Shown here: positions 1-8,410 of the stretch, in pieces
How positions within the stretch are numbered: position 1 is the first letter of the stretch
Layout of the letters: every line of letters starts with the position of its first letter
Source of the DNA: Candidatus Woesebacteria bacterium
Lineage (GTDB): Bacteria > Patescibacteriota > Microgenomatia > UBA8517
Assembly (NCBI GenBank): GCA_963716475.1
Contig: OY970314.1
Coordinates: 854,508-918,507 of the forward strand
Direction: 5' to 3'
Length of the DNA: 64,000 nt
The notes under the pieces: generated by a model
Database searches by the model: none
What the model was told of the DNA's origin: nothing
The model's input: the letters and a program-made list of their open reading frames with translations, nothing else
Position numbers and translations under genes: made by a program

Positions 1-238
1 ATTCAAGAATGGGCAAGTGAGTGGGTGGCACCATGGATAAATGTAATGCTTGATATACCAAGTACGGTTCGTGATTGTACCAATTACGGTGGGACAGCGG
101 CGCAGACAGAGGTTGTTACCTACTTACAAATGGAGAGACTAATCCGTTCGATGATCACCACAAGTTATAAACAAAAGGAAGATGTCGGGAAAACAATCCT
201 AAGTACGGCGAAATCGCTTTATACTTAATATATCGTCA

Positions 239-1930
239 CTATTCGGCTTCGCCTGGTTTATTCACATGAGTTGTCTTCCTTTCGCTACCAGGCACGGCCC
301 CTTGCATCTTTTGTTCATAACCTCTCAATCCCTTATAAATAGCACCTCTTATTCTGCCGGTTTCCCAACCTGTTCCCCTCATTCTATTAGCAAGGTAGCC
401 TGCCCCTGCGCCTCCAGCGATACCCGAAGCTATACCAGTAGCCCCTCCGGCGATACCCTTAACCGGTCCATAGGCTTCGCCGATTGCAGTGCCAAATGAG
501 AATCTTTCACCCATAACAAGCCCTTTAAGCATATCCGGAACTTTCGGAATTAGGGCTATTATACCAAAACTTATGGCCAAAAAGATAAGGCCTGATATTC
601 CGGAACCTGCGCCAAGTCCACTGGAGCCTATGATGCCCGGCACCCACACGTTAGGAGTATTACCAAATACGCTTGTATAATAACTGCTAATGCTAACACC
701 GGCCTGGACATATGATTGAAAAAGAGTTGCCCAGGCAAACCAAAAAAGCAGGCCGGTTACCGGAAATACGAGGATGTCGGCCATAACTCTTTTAAACCAA
801 GAACCAAAACCCATAGAAGGAACAATCGCCCCTGCCAATATTTGAACAGGGGCTGTAATAATTGATATATAAAGACTAATCAATGTTTTAATTAAAACAT
901 AGGGGACTTTAAAGGTGTACCAGACTACAAGCACTAGAACCCAGACGGTCATGATTACGAAAACCAATGCTAAAACTGCCCCAAAAATGTTAAATCCTGA
1001 AAGTAAGATTGTGGCGAAATTCGAAACGGCAGCGAAAAAAAACAAAATTGCATACCCCAGCATTTCAAAAAATACCCAAAAACCTCCCATCCAAGCATAA
1101 CCCGGCCCCGTGCCGGAGATTGTTTGGTAAGCGGCACCAATGGAAGCCCATTTGGTGAGGTTTAGCAAAAGCGCAAAGAAACCCGATATAACATACATCA
1201 GGTCAACCGCAAAACCCGCAATGGCATAGGAGAAAGTAATAAGTATCATAGCCATGATCACTTTCGGGAGAGCGGACTGAACAGAAACTACTGTTTGTGG
1301 GGAAAGTTTAACCCTGAACATAATCATGAAAGCAAAAACGATTATCACCAAAACGAGAAGAACATAAGAAATATCCCTAAAGCCCTTCCAATATGTTTGT
1401 ACCCAACTAAGACCACCGTATCCAAAGCCCTGGGCCTTTACTGTAGAAACCAAAGAGAACTTATTTAGGAGATTCTTGGTATATCCCATTCCTGATAAAT
1501 CTCTGTTATCGGTGTTAAATATAGCAGCTACGACCGATTGGTTGTTATTGCCGGGGACCGAAACGAGTTTGGGAAGAACATCAACGGCCTTACCCATAAA
1601 GGTTGTAATTGCACCGGTACAACTAGTTATATCCGCCGTGCTCGTACCAAATAGTTTTATAAAACACGTGATGGAGTTCTCGCCAACAAGGCTCTCAACC
1701 GCCCTCACGGGCAAAAAGAGGAAACTGTAAACTACCCACTGGACCTGGGCGGCAGTGTAGCGTTCGCCGAAGATTTCATCCGCCGGGGAAGTGTTTTGAT
1801 CATAAACTTTTAAATACCATTCAAAAGGATCTTGACTGTACCAGGTCTGTGCCTTGACTGGGGTTAAATAGGGAGTAAAGGAAAAAAATACAGTTAATCC
1901 AAGTAAAAATGAAATGAGCAGTTTTTTCAT
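239..1930 (-). CDS. Polytopic membrane protein with signal peptide, possibly VirB6/TrbL-like
   Basis: 563 aa. N-terminal signal peptide (MKKLLISFLLGLTVFFSF...VKAQ), an extracytoplasmic segment, at least 8 predicted TM helices and a Gly-rich C-terminal tail (GIAGGATGIASGIAGGAGAGY). The architecture resembles the VirB6/TrbL family. It is the last gene of the minus-strand pilin-like operon. Confidence 0.35.
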   Translation of the reverse strand: MKKLLISFLLGLTVFFSFTPYLTPVKAQTWYSQDPFEWYLKVYDQNTSPADEIFGERYTAAQVQWVVYSFLFLPVRAVESLVGENSITCFIKLFGTSTADITSCTGAITTFMGKAVDVLPKLVSVPGNNNQSVVAAIFNTDNRDLSGMGYTKNLLNKFSLVSTVKAQGFGYGGLSWVQTYWKGFRDISYVLLVLVIIVFAFMIMFRVKLSPQTVVSVQSALPKVIMAMILITFSYAIAGFAVDLMYVISGFFALLLNLTKWASIGAAYQTISGTGPGYAWMGGFWVFFEMLGYAILFFFAAVSNFATILLSGFNIFGAVLALVFVIMTVWVLVLVVWYTFKVPYVLIKTLISLYISIITAPVQILAGAIVPSMGFGSWFKRVMADILVFPVTGLLFWFAWATLFQSYVQAGVSISSYYTSVFGNTPNVWVPGIIGSSGLGAGSGISGLIFLAISFGIIALIPKVPDMLKGLVMGERFSFGTAIGEAYGPVKGIAGGATGIASGIAGGAGAGYLANRMRGTGWETGRIRGAIYKGLRGYEQKMQGAVPGSERKTTHVNKPGEAE

Positions 1931-1965
1931 TACAAATCAGTTTAGCACAACAGAACAATTTTCTG

Positions 1966-4935
1966 CTAGTAACTATGAGCGACATTCCAAACACAAGCAT
2001 TATGACTTGTATTTCCGGAACCCCCAACCTTTTCGCAGAAATCTCCCCCGGGGCAACCGGAATATCCACCCGACGCACAACTTCCATGCGTGGTGTTGCA
2101 CGTCCAAGTGCTATTGTATGCGGTCCCATATTCCCAGACCCTGATTGCCGTCTCATAGTCGCTGCTGTCCCACGAGCAACTATTCGAGGCACCGGATGCA
2201 GCGTTTAGCGAAATTCCGTAACACGTCTTTCCGAGGAAATACGGTGAGCCGTTTTGATTTTGATTTAGAGTTTTAGCCAAAGCAAATATAGAATCCATTA
2301 AATTGCAGGGATCCGGTTGCCTGGTTGGATCCACCACCTTAACGGCATCCTTCACTGCATTCCAATAAACTTGAAAGTATGGAAGGACTCCTAAAATCGG
2401 ATCGGAATTCGGATCACAGTTTGGCATTGGAGAACAGCTCCAGGTTTGTACATTGGCCTCTGTCCAGTCGTACTTACCGGGGATATTAAATGCCCCTTCC
2501 CCAAACATTACTCCTAAAATTAGTCCCGGGGGAACGTTGTAACTTTGTGAAGCTGCCTCGACAATACTTACCAGAGTTGGTAGATTTGCTAGATTGGCAG
2601 AGCCTACTGTTCCGAGGTTGGATAATTTACAAGATCCGCTTGCTGCCGGGAGGGCGGGTAACTTACCTCCGATACAGGATATCGCCCCCGTGCTATTGGA
2701 TAGAGGGCCAAAAGAAATGGGGTCGCCATAACCCTTCGGTCTCAGAAGAGTCTGGATTCCTTTTAAGAAATATTCCGAAATTCCTCCTACGTGGGGGAGG
2801 TTTATATTGGGTGATGAGGACTGTGCGCCGGTAATGGTAACACTTGTTGAACCAGGCATGTCCTTAAGTGTTCCTATCTGGGTCCCGAGTTTTGGAAATA
2901 ATCGTTTGACAATTGCGGTAGGTCCCGCAACCAGCCTTGACCAGACATCTGTAAGTTTTGGACTGTTTGATGAGGTATAAAGATTAATATCGAAAGTACT
3001 GCTGCAGGTTTGTACAGGCGGAGGCGGTGGAATAGGGCTTGGTAGATTACAGCAGTACCAGGCTCCGGGACAGACCCCTGTACCCGTTGTTCCTCCATCA
3101 TTCCTGCATTCGACTTGATTTGGGACGCATGTTCCTGAACAGGAAACTGGTAAACCGGCGCAGCAGTAGCGAGTTCCGGGACATGTTCCCGTACCTCCTA
3201 TTCCTCCGTCACCCCTACATTCGACTAGATTGGGGACGCACGTTCCTGAACAAGTATACGTTGGAGGAGGCTCTGTACAATTAATACCGCATTGGTAACC
3301 GGTAGCACAACTCGTCTGACCGAATGATGTTGTACATACGTCTGAATTTGGATAACACGATCCGCCGAGACGTGAGCAGGGTGGATTGAACGTACAGGAA
3401 AAATTTGCCGTATATGAGAGGTTCCCCGAGAGTGGACTGGCAAAAAGATTATCTCCCCTGTTGGATCTTACCTCGAGAGTGTTGCAGGAAGAGGATGGTG
3501 CAACTGCAGTGTCCGGCCCGGTTTTTGGCTGACCTTTGCTTAAATAAGTGTCCTGGAGGGTTGATCCCAGTTCACTATTCTCCTGAGTGTGGGAGAAGAA
3601 TAGTGTGGACGGGGTTTGATTGGAAAACAGTACATTTGTGAGCGCGGCTCCGGAAACAGAATCGATCTTAATATTTCCCTGCAGGTCTTCCGTCGAAGAA
3701 AGGGGGATGTAGGGAAAAAGAGCCGAGTAAAAGTTTGGTTTTAGGGCATTATCTAGGCATAGAATTACCCCCTTGCCGCCAATGACAGGTATAAAATCAG
3801 GGGCTTTTACTTCGACACAACTATTGCCTCTCCAGTTCTGAAGGGCATGATAGTAGCTTACATAGTCCGGATAATCGGATCTTACCGGTGGCAGGTGGCC
3901 TGCCCACTGGTCTAAACGGATCTTCTGAATAAGGGGTGATAGTGAACCTTCGTAACAAGGTGCAGGAAATCCGCCTATTTCGATATTCCAAAACAAAACC
4001 GGAATGTTTATCCCATAAATGCAGGCTGCAATCTGGTTGTGGCGAATACCTGCCCCATTCAAAGAAGCAATAGCGTCCTTGACTGTTTGCGCCCTTTGTT
4101 GCTGCTGGACTTCCTGGGGAAGCAGTTTATTGATAGGCCCCGAATAGTTAATAAGTTTGTCCCGGTCAAGTACACTTACTTTTTCAGCAAGCGGGTTTAT
4201 GGTAACGCAGCAGACCTGTGCGCCAAGACATGAACTGGTTCCATCAGCCTTAACAAGAGGGTCGGGAACAGGTATTAGGGTATGGGAAAGACACATTCCT
4301 GGAACTATCTTTGATAAGTCTGAACACACCCCGGCCACACCACTATTCCCGATGCAATCGTCGCTTACAGTCAAAGGTGAATCCTCCGCTCGGTTGACAG
4401 TACCGTTAAGGTACCAGCTGACATACCCGTTAACCAAATCGGCATCGCTTAGTGGCGTGGTATAACCTGTCGGAGTTGTATAACCTGTCGGAGTTGTATA
4501 GCCCGTAGGGGTTACATTACACGACGGATCCGGAGGTTGAGAATTAGGGACACATTCCGTATTTCCCATAAAAGGAAGATTTGCGCCGTAAAGGTTTATG
4601 GTTATTAAATGTGGGGCTACATAGTCGGCATATGTACAGACATCTTTATTGCCGGTGATTACACATCTTGAGTCATTTGGATTATAAGTTTCGGAAACGG
4701 TTTCTTGTATGGTAAGGGTGTTTCCGCAAAACGTTGCGTATTCGTTCGTCGTAGCTTGACAGGTTGCGCTGGCCTGATAAGGTCTCAGAGAATGAAATTC
4801 CGGATTTCTGACTTGGTTACAGGGAACGGGCGGGTTGGGGACTTGGGCATTTACCGTGCTTATTTTCAATGAAATACAAATAAAAAAAAATCCAATTAAA
4901 AAAAACTTGAATTTCTTGAAAATTGGCAGTTTCAT
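1966..4935 (-). CDS. Large secreted Cys-rich repeat protein (989 aa), function unknown
   Basis: Signal peptide MKLPIFKKFKFFLIGFFFICISLKISTVNAQ. An in-frame 18-bp x3 tandem repeat encodes TPTGYTTPTGYTTPTGY (about 4449-4502). A ~105-bp tandem duplication gives two modules CSGTCVPNxVECRxDGGxxGTGxCPGxxYCC (about 3050-3290). There is also a poly-Pro stretch and a Cys-rich C-terminal domain. Confidence 0.6.
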   Translation of the reverse strand: MKLPIFKKFKFFLIGFFFICISLKISTVNAQVPNPPVPCNQVRNPEFHSLRPYQASATCQATTNEYATFCGNTLTIQETVSETYNPNDSRCVITGNKDVCTYADYVAPHLITINLYGANLPFMGNTECVPNSQPPDPSCNVTPTGYTTPTGYTTPTGYTTPLSDADLVNGYVSWYLNGTVNRAEDSPLTVSDDCIGNSGVAGVCSDLSKIVPGMCLSHTLIPVPDPLVKADGTSSCLGAQVCCVTINPLAEKVSVLDRDKLINYSGPINKLLPQEVQQQQRAQTVKDAIASLNGAGIRHNQIAACIYGINIPVLFWNIEIGGFPAPCYEGSLSPLIQKIRLDQWAGHLPPVRSDYPDYVSYYHALQNWRGNSCVEVKAPDFIPVIGGKGVILCLDNALKPNFYSALFPYIPLSSTEDLQGNIKIDSVSGAALTNVLFSNQTPSTLFFSHTQENSELGSTLQDTYLSKGQPKTGPDTAVAPSSSCNTLEVRSNRGDNLFASPLSGNLSYTANFSCTFNPPCSRLGGSCYPNSDVCTTSFGQTSCATGYQCGINCTEPPPTYTCSGTCVPNLVECRGDGGIGGTGTCPGTRYCCAGLPVSCSGTCVPNQVECRNDGGTTGTGVCPGAWYCCNLPSPIPPPPPVQTCSSTFDINLYTSSNSPKLTDVWSRLVAGPTAIVKRLFPKLGTQIGTLKDMPGSTSVTITGAQSSSPNINLPHVGGISEYFLKGIQTLLRPKGYGDPISFGPLSNSTGAISCIGGKLPALPAASGSCKLSNLGTVGSANLANLPTLVSIVEAASQSYNVPPGLILGVMFGEGAFNIPGKYDWTEANVQTWSCSPMPNCDPNSDPILGVLPYFQVYWNAVKDAVKVVDPTRQPDPCNLMDSIFALAKTLNQNQNGSPYFLGKTCYGISLNAASGASNSCSWDSSDYETAIRVWEYGTAYNSTWTCNTTHGSCASGGYSGCPGGDFCEKVGGSGNTSHNACVWNVAHSY

Positions 4936-4977
4936 ACGCTTTCATTATATCCCAATATTTTATGTCGTACGAAGGTC

Positions 4978-5328
4978 TCAGGGGAGCAAGATATTGAAAC
5001 CGGTTACGTCCACCCCGGTGATTTTGTAGATAAGGACTAAAACCAGATAGGAAATGAGTATTATTACCAAACCGGTGATTGCGGAGGTTAAGGTTCTTTT
5101 GGCCCCCTCAACAGCTTTAGGGTCACCCCCCGAGGTTATAAACTTAAACCCGCCGATAATTAGAAGGATAAAAAGTACAATTCCTGCAAACCCTAAAGCA
5201 TAACCTACAATTTTTTGAAAAAGACAACCGAAATTGGCAACGGTAGCAATTCCGCTTGGGTTAACATTACACATGTGTTTGAGACTCCACCATAAAGCAA
5301 TTCTAAACCACGCAAAAAAAATCAGCAA
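4978..5328 (-). CDS. Small two-TM-helix membrane protein, VirB2/TrbC pilin-like paralog 8
   Basis: Loop motif GFKFITSGGDPKAVEGAKRTLTSAITGLVIILISYLV between two hydrophobic helices. The true start may be an internal Met (MCNVNP...). Confidence 0.5.
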   Translation of the reverse strand: MLIFFAWFRIALWWSLKHMCNVNPSGIATVANFGCLFQKIVGYALGFAGIVLFILLIIGGFKFITSGGDPKAVEGAKRTLTSAITGLVIILISYLVLVLIYKITGVDVTGFNILLP

Positions 5329-5362
5329 GAAGAAGATTCAGGCGAATTCCAAGAAAGTGAAG

Positions 5363-5710
5363 TTATATTGCCAGATTGAGATGAAGTATGTCAACGTGGA
5401 AGAAGGCGTTAATAAGAGCAACAATGGCCCAAGCGGCAAAGACTATGACAAGCCCAACAAGAGCAGCCGTAATCTGGTTTCTTGCACCCTCCGTTTGTGC
5501 TTTATCTCCACCCGAGGCGATCCAGCGGATCCCGCCTACAACGAGCATAAAGAAGAAAATAATAGCGGCGATTATTACCAGAAACCTTACGATGATAGTA
5601 ATAATGCCAGGAAAATCAAGTGTGCCAAGATTAGCAAATTGACCAGTTGGCTGAAGATTGACCTGTGTATTGCCTATTTGTGCGATTAAGTTTTTCATCT
5701 GCATAGTCAT
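5363..5710 (-). CDS. Small two-TM-helix membrane protein, VirB2/TrbC pilin-like paralog 7
   Basis: Motif GIRWIASGGDKAQTEGARNQITAALVGLVIVFAAWAIVALI. Same family as its neighbours. Confidence 0.5.
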   Translation of the reverse strand: MTMQMKNLIAQIGNTQVNLQPTGQFANLGTLDFPGIITIIVRFLVIIAAIIFFFMLVVGGIRWIASGGDKAQTEGARNQITAALVGLVIVFAAWAIVALINAFFHVDILHLNLAI

Positions 5711-5832
5711 TATGGAATCACTAAACTCGTCTTGTCAAGGGCCAATTATGACTCGCAAATCCATATTATGGTTTAAACAGGGCGGTGAGTTGTGGCAGTT
5801 GGAATGCATGGAGTTGGGACAGGGCATACTGC

Positions 5833-6156
5833 TCAGCCAAGGGTGGGCAAGGTAAGTTTTAACAGATTTACATTAAAGAACACGCCGACCAACTGAATTA
5901 TTGCGAACACCGCCAAAAGAATTACAAGTCCTATCAAAGCGCTTGTAATGGTTCCTCTAGCATCTTCAAGCTTCTGTTTATCTCCGCTTGAGGCAATCCA
6001 TTTTATGGCGCCGATTAAAAGCATGAAGAAAAAGATAATCACACCGATTATAAAACCCCATTGGATAGCGTAGGGTATAAACTTTTGCACCAAAGCCAAC
6101 CCGGCACTGCCGGATGATCCGCCGGCGGGGGAAGGTAATATTGGATTTGTTATCAT
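5833..6156 (-). CDS. Small two-TM-helix membrane protein, VirB2/TrbC pilin-like paralog 6
   Basis: Motif AIKWIASSGDKQKLEDARGTITSALIGLVILLAVFAII. The N-terminus is Gly/Ser-rich. Confidence 0.5.
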   Translation of the reverse strand: MITNPILPSPAGGSSGSAGLALVQKFIPYAIQWGFIIGVIIFFFMLLIGAIKWIASSGDKQKLEDARGTITSALIGLVILLAVFAIIQLVGVFFNVNLLKLTLPTLG

Positions 6157-6167
6157 TATTGCTGTGC

Positions 6168-6548
6168 CTACAGGTTAGCTATTATATTGAAAAGGTTTTG
6201 AATATTCAAAATACCGGTTAGGCCCAGCAAGGAGCCGACAAACTCGATTATTACAAGGGCGACAAGAACCACGACCAAGCCTATTATCCCCATAGTGATT
6301 CTTCTCCTGGCGCTCTCCAGGGCTTGCTTATCGCCCCCGGAGCTTATGATACTTATGGCGCCCGTAATAATACTAAATATTGCCCAGATAATGGCGACAA
6401 TTGTCGTTACCCCAATTACTGCAGAAATGAACTTGGAAAAAACAGTGACAGCTCCCCCGGACCCGATAGGATTATCCAAGGGTCCGTTACCGGGGCCTTT
6501 AAGCCCACCACCCGGATATAGAGGGATGTCTGCCAATAGATTTGTCAT
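6168..6548 (-). CDS. Small two-TM-helix membrane protein, VirB2/TrbC pilin-like paralog 5
   Basis: Motif SIISSGGDKQALESARRRITMGIIGLVVVLVALVII with a Gly/Pro-rich N-terminal region. The start is trimmed to the internal Met (MTNLLADIPLYPGGG) so the overlap with the upstream gene becomes ATGA-type. The ORF track gives 6168..6680. Confidence 0.45.
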   Translation of the reverse strand: MTNLLADIPLYPGGGLKGPGNGPLDNPIGSGGAVTVFSKFISAVIGVTTIVAIIWAIFSIITGAISIISSGGDKQALESARRRITMGIIGLVVVLVALVIIEFVGSLLGLTGILNIQNLFNIIANL

Positions 6549-6898
6549 GGAAAGGTTGGAATTGTTGGTTTCAGGATAAATGTCGGATCTTTGAATATTA
6601 GCTCGCCGAATATTGCGGCTAAAACAAAGGCTCCGGCTGCAAATGCCAGTCCCAGGGCTGTTTGCCAAATTTTTGCCCAAGCCCCGGCGACCTTTTTGGG
6701 ATCGTCTCCGGCAGACATAAAAGCGTATCCGGCCAAAATAAAATTAAACAAGGCATAGACTCCGGCACCAACAATTAAAATCCAAATAACGGATTGTATC
6801 AATTTCCCTATTGCGGCACCCGGGGTTGGTGCATACGTTGCAAGCGAACCCGGCAAGGTTACATTGCCAAAGGGGTTTTGTGCTAAATAATGAATCAT
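6545..6898 (-). CDS. Small two-TM-helix membrane protein, VirB2/TrbC pilin-like paralog 4
   Basis: Motif FMSAGDDPKKVAGAWAKIWQTALGLAFAAGAFVLAAI. This is the most divergent copy. Confidence 0.45.
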   Translation of the reverse strand: MIHYLAQNPFGNVTLPGSLATYAPTPGAAIGKLIQSVIWILIVGAGVYALFNFILAGYAFMSAGDDPKKVAGAWAKIWQTALGLAFAAGAFVLAAIFGELIFKDPTFILKPTIPTFP

Positions 6899-6899
6899 T

Positions 6900-7199
6900 T
6901 TAAAAAATATTCGGTATTCCTAAAAGGGAACTTATTAATTTTACTATCCAATATGATGTGAATACAATAACAAAGCCGATTACGGCTGAAGTTATGGTTT
7001 TTTTTGCCTGTTCCGCTTTTTGGGGATCGTTTTGCCCGGCCGATCCTATCATTCCAATCCCTCCCATGATGAAAAAGAAAAGTAGAATCAATCCGGAAAG
7101 AATGAAGGCGACGTTTAGAAAAATGGTGACGAGCCTACTTACGCTATTAATACTTTGGAAACTTGATGTTCCGCCGAAAAGGGTATAACCGATATTCAC
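6900..7199 (-). CDS. Small two-TM-helix membrane protein, VirB2/TrbC pilin-like paralog 3
   Basis: Motif GMIGSAGQNDPQKAEQAKKTITSAVIGFVIVFTSYWIV. Confidence 0.5.
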   Translation of the reverse strand: MNIGYTLFGGTSSFQSINSVSRLVTIFLNVAFILSGLILLFFFIMGGIGMIGSAGQNDPQKAEQAKKTITSAVIGFVIVFTSYWIVKLISSLLGIPNIF

Positions 7200-7246
7200 A
7201 AGACTATTGTATTACGATGAACACATCTAGACAAGTCAAGTGTATG

Positions 7247-7603
7247 TTATGGAGGAGTCCCGAATACCTTTCCGAAAAGCGTATTCTGAAGGTTAAAGAG
7301 CTGACCGAATATCTGGACTATAAAAAAGGCAAAGATAATAATTACAAAACCAATCAGGGCATTGGTGATTTTGGCTTGTGCAGACTGCATAGCCTTGGGG
7401 TCACCCCTCGACAACATCATCTGCAACCCTCCTATCACCAAGTAAACTAAGAGAGCAATCCCAGCGGCACCAAAAATATAAGGAAGAAGAATTGATATTA
7501 ATTTTCCAATGTTTGGTATTGTAAATTGGAGAGGTATTCCGGCCAGGTTTTGGACCGCGTCAAAGTTTAGTGCTAATTGCATAGTATTATTAACCAAAGC
7601 CAA
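7247..7603 (-). CDS. Small two-TM-helix membrane protein, VirB2/TrbC pilin-like paralog 2
   Basis: Motif LQMMLSRGDPKAMQSAQAKITNALIGFVIIIFAFFIVQIF. Confidence 0.5.
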   Translation of the reverse strand: MALVNNTMQLALNFDAVQNLAGIPLQFTIPNIGKLISILLPYIFGAAGIALLVYLVIGGLQMMLSRGDPKAMQSAQAKITNALIGFVIIIFAFFIVQIFGQLFNLQNTLFGKVFGTPP

Positions 7604-8285
7604 ATACGTTTAATCCCAGTATATCAATTCCCAGAAATTTAAGTATAAAAACAGAGAAAATTAAAAGAATCAGGCCGGAAATTGCGGATGTTAAAAGTTC
7701 CTGACCGGCCTTGAGCCTCTCGGGATTCCCCGCAGCGGTCATAATCATGAATCCGGCGTATAGCATTAAGAGAAATGCAATACCTCCGCCTATGCCCACA
7801 GCCCATCGTAAAATATTTCCCAAAAAGACCTCAGGACTACTAAAGTCGATACAGCCGATGGCGGTATTAATACTATTTGCGCTACTGCAATTAAGGTTTG
7901 TTGTGTTGGGAGTTGGAGCTGGAGTTGTGTTGGGAGTTGGAGCTGGAGTTGTTTGCGGAACTGTATGACAGGTGATAGGAGGGCTGTCTCCAACGTGCCC
8001 CCAACAATATGGGGCACTAGAGCAGCATTGGATTGCTACGCATGACACACCATTTCCAGCACACGTGGCAGAGGGTTGTTGGCACTGGCACGTTGCCAGA
8101 CTGCCTGGCCCACCTACCGTTATTTGAACGACAACGCAGGGGAGGGTGCAGCCATAATTAGGATAACCAGTAAGTTCCATGCAACCCATCACGCTTGAAG
8201 GGCAGGCTGCTAGTGCAAAAACTTTCTGGGGTAATAAAAAAGAAATCAGTAGAAGTAATATGGAGAAAACAAATATTCTTTTCAT
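7590..8285 (-). CDS. Secreted Cys-rich domain + Pro/Thr linker fused to a VirB2/TrbC pilin-like C-terminal module (first gene of the operon)
   Basis: Signal peptide MKRIFVFSILLLLISFLLPQKVFALA. The ORF track starts 27 nt upstream at 8312. A Cys-rich ~100-aa domain is followed by TPAPTPNTTPAPTPNTT, encoded by a 24-bp tandem repeat at about 7900-7960. The C-terminus is AGFMIMTAAGNPERLKAGQELLTSAISGLILLIFSVFILKFL. Confidence 0.5.
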   Translation of the reverse strand: MKRIFVFSILLLLISFLLPQKVFALAACPSSVMGCMELTGYPNYGCTLPCVVVQITVGGPGSLATCQCQQPSATCAGNGVSCVAIQCCSSAPYCWGHVGDSPPITCHTVPQTTPAPTPNTTPAPTPNTTNLNCSSANSINTAIGCIDFSSPEVFLGNILRWAVGIGGGIAFLLMLYAGFMIMTAAGNPERLKAGQELLTSAISGLILLIFSVFILKFLGIDILGLNVFGFG

Positions 8286-8346
8286 TAAATATATTCTAGA
8301 GCAATTGGACAAAAACTAAAAGTATGGGCTGGTATATCGCACTCGT

Positions 8347-8366
8347 GCGATATTTCAACGTTCAAT
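8347..8366. promoter_or_regulatory. Palindromic operator-like site ATATCGCAC-TC-GTGCGATAT in a divergent promoter region
   Basis: Perfect 9-bp inverted repeat between the pilin-like operon (minus strand) and the SpoIID-like gene (plus strand). An extended -10 TGgTATAAT lies at about 8399-8409 on the plus strand. Near-identical half-sites recur at about 10230 and 10269. Confidence 0.45.
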
Positions 8367-8410
8367 TCAGGTCGGTCAAGCCCGTCATTTTTGAATGTTG
8401 GTATAATGGA

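Noticed and set aside
25-228. 67-aa plus-strand ORF at the window edge
   Set aside because: No motif. It lies downstream of and antisense to the minus-strand operon continuing from 239. Probably a chance ORF.
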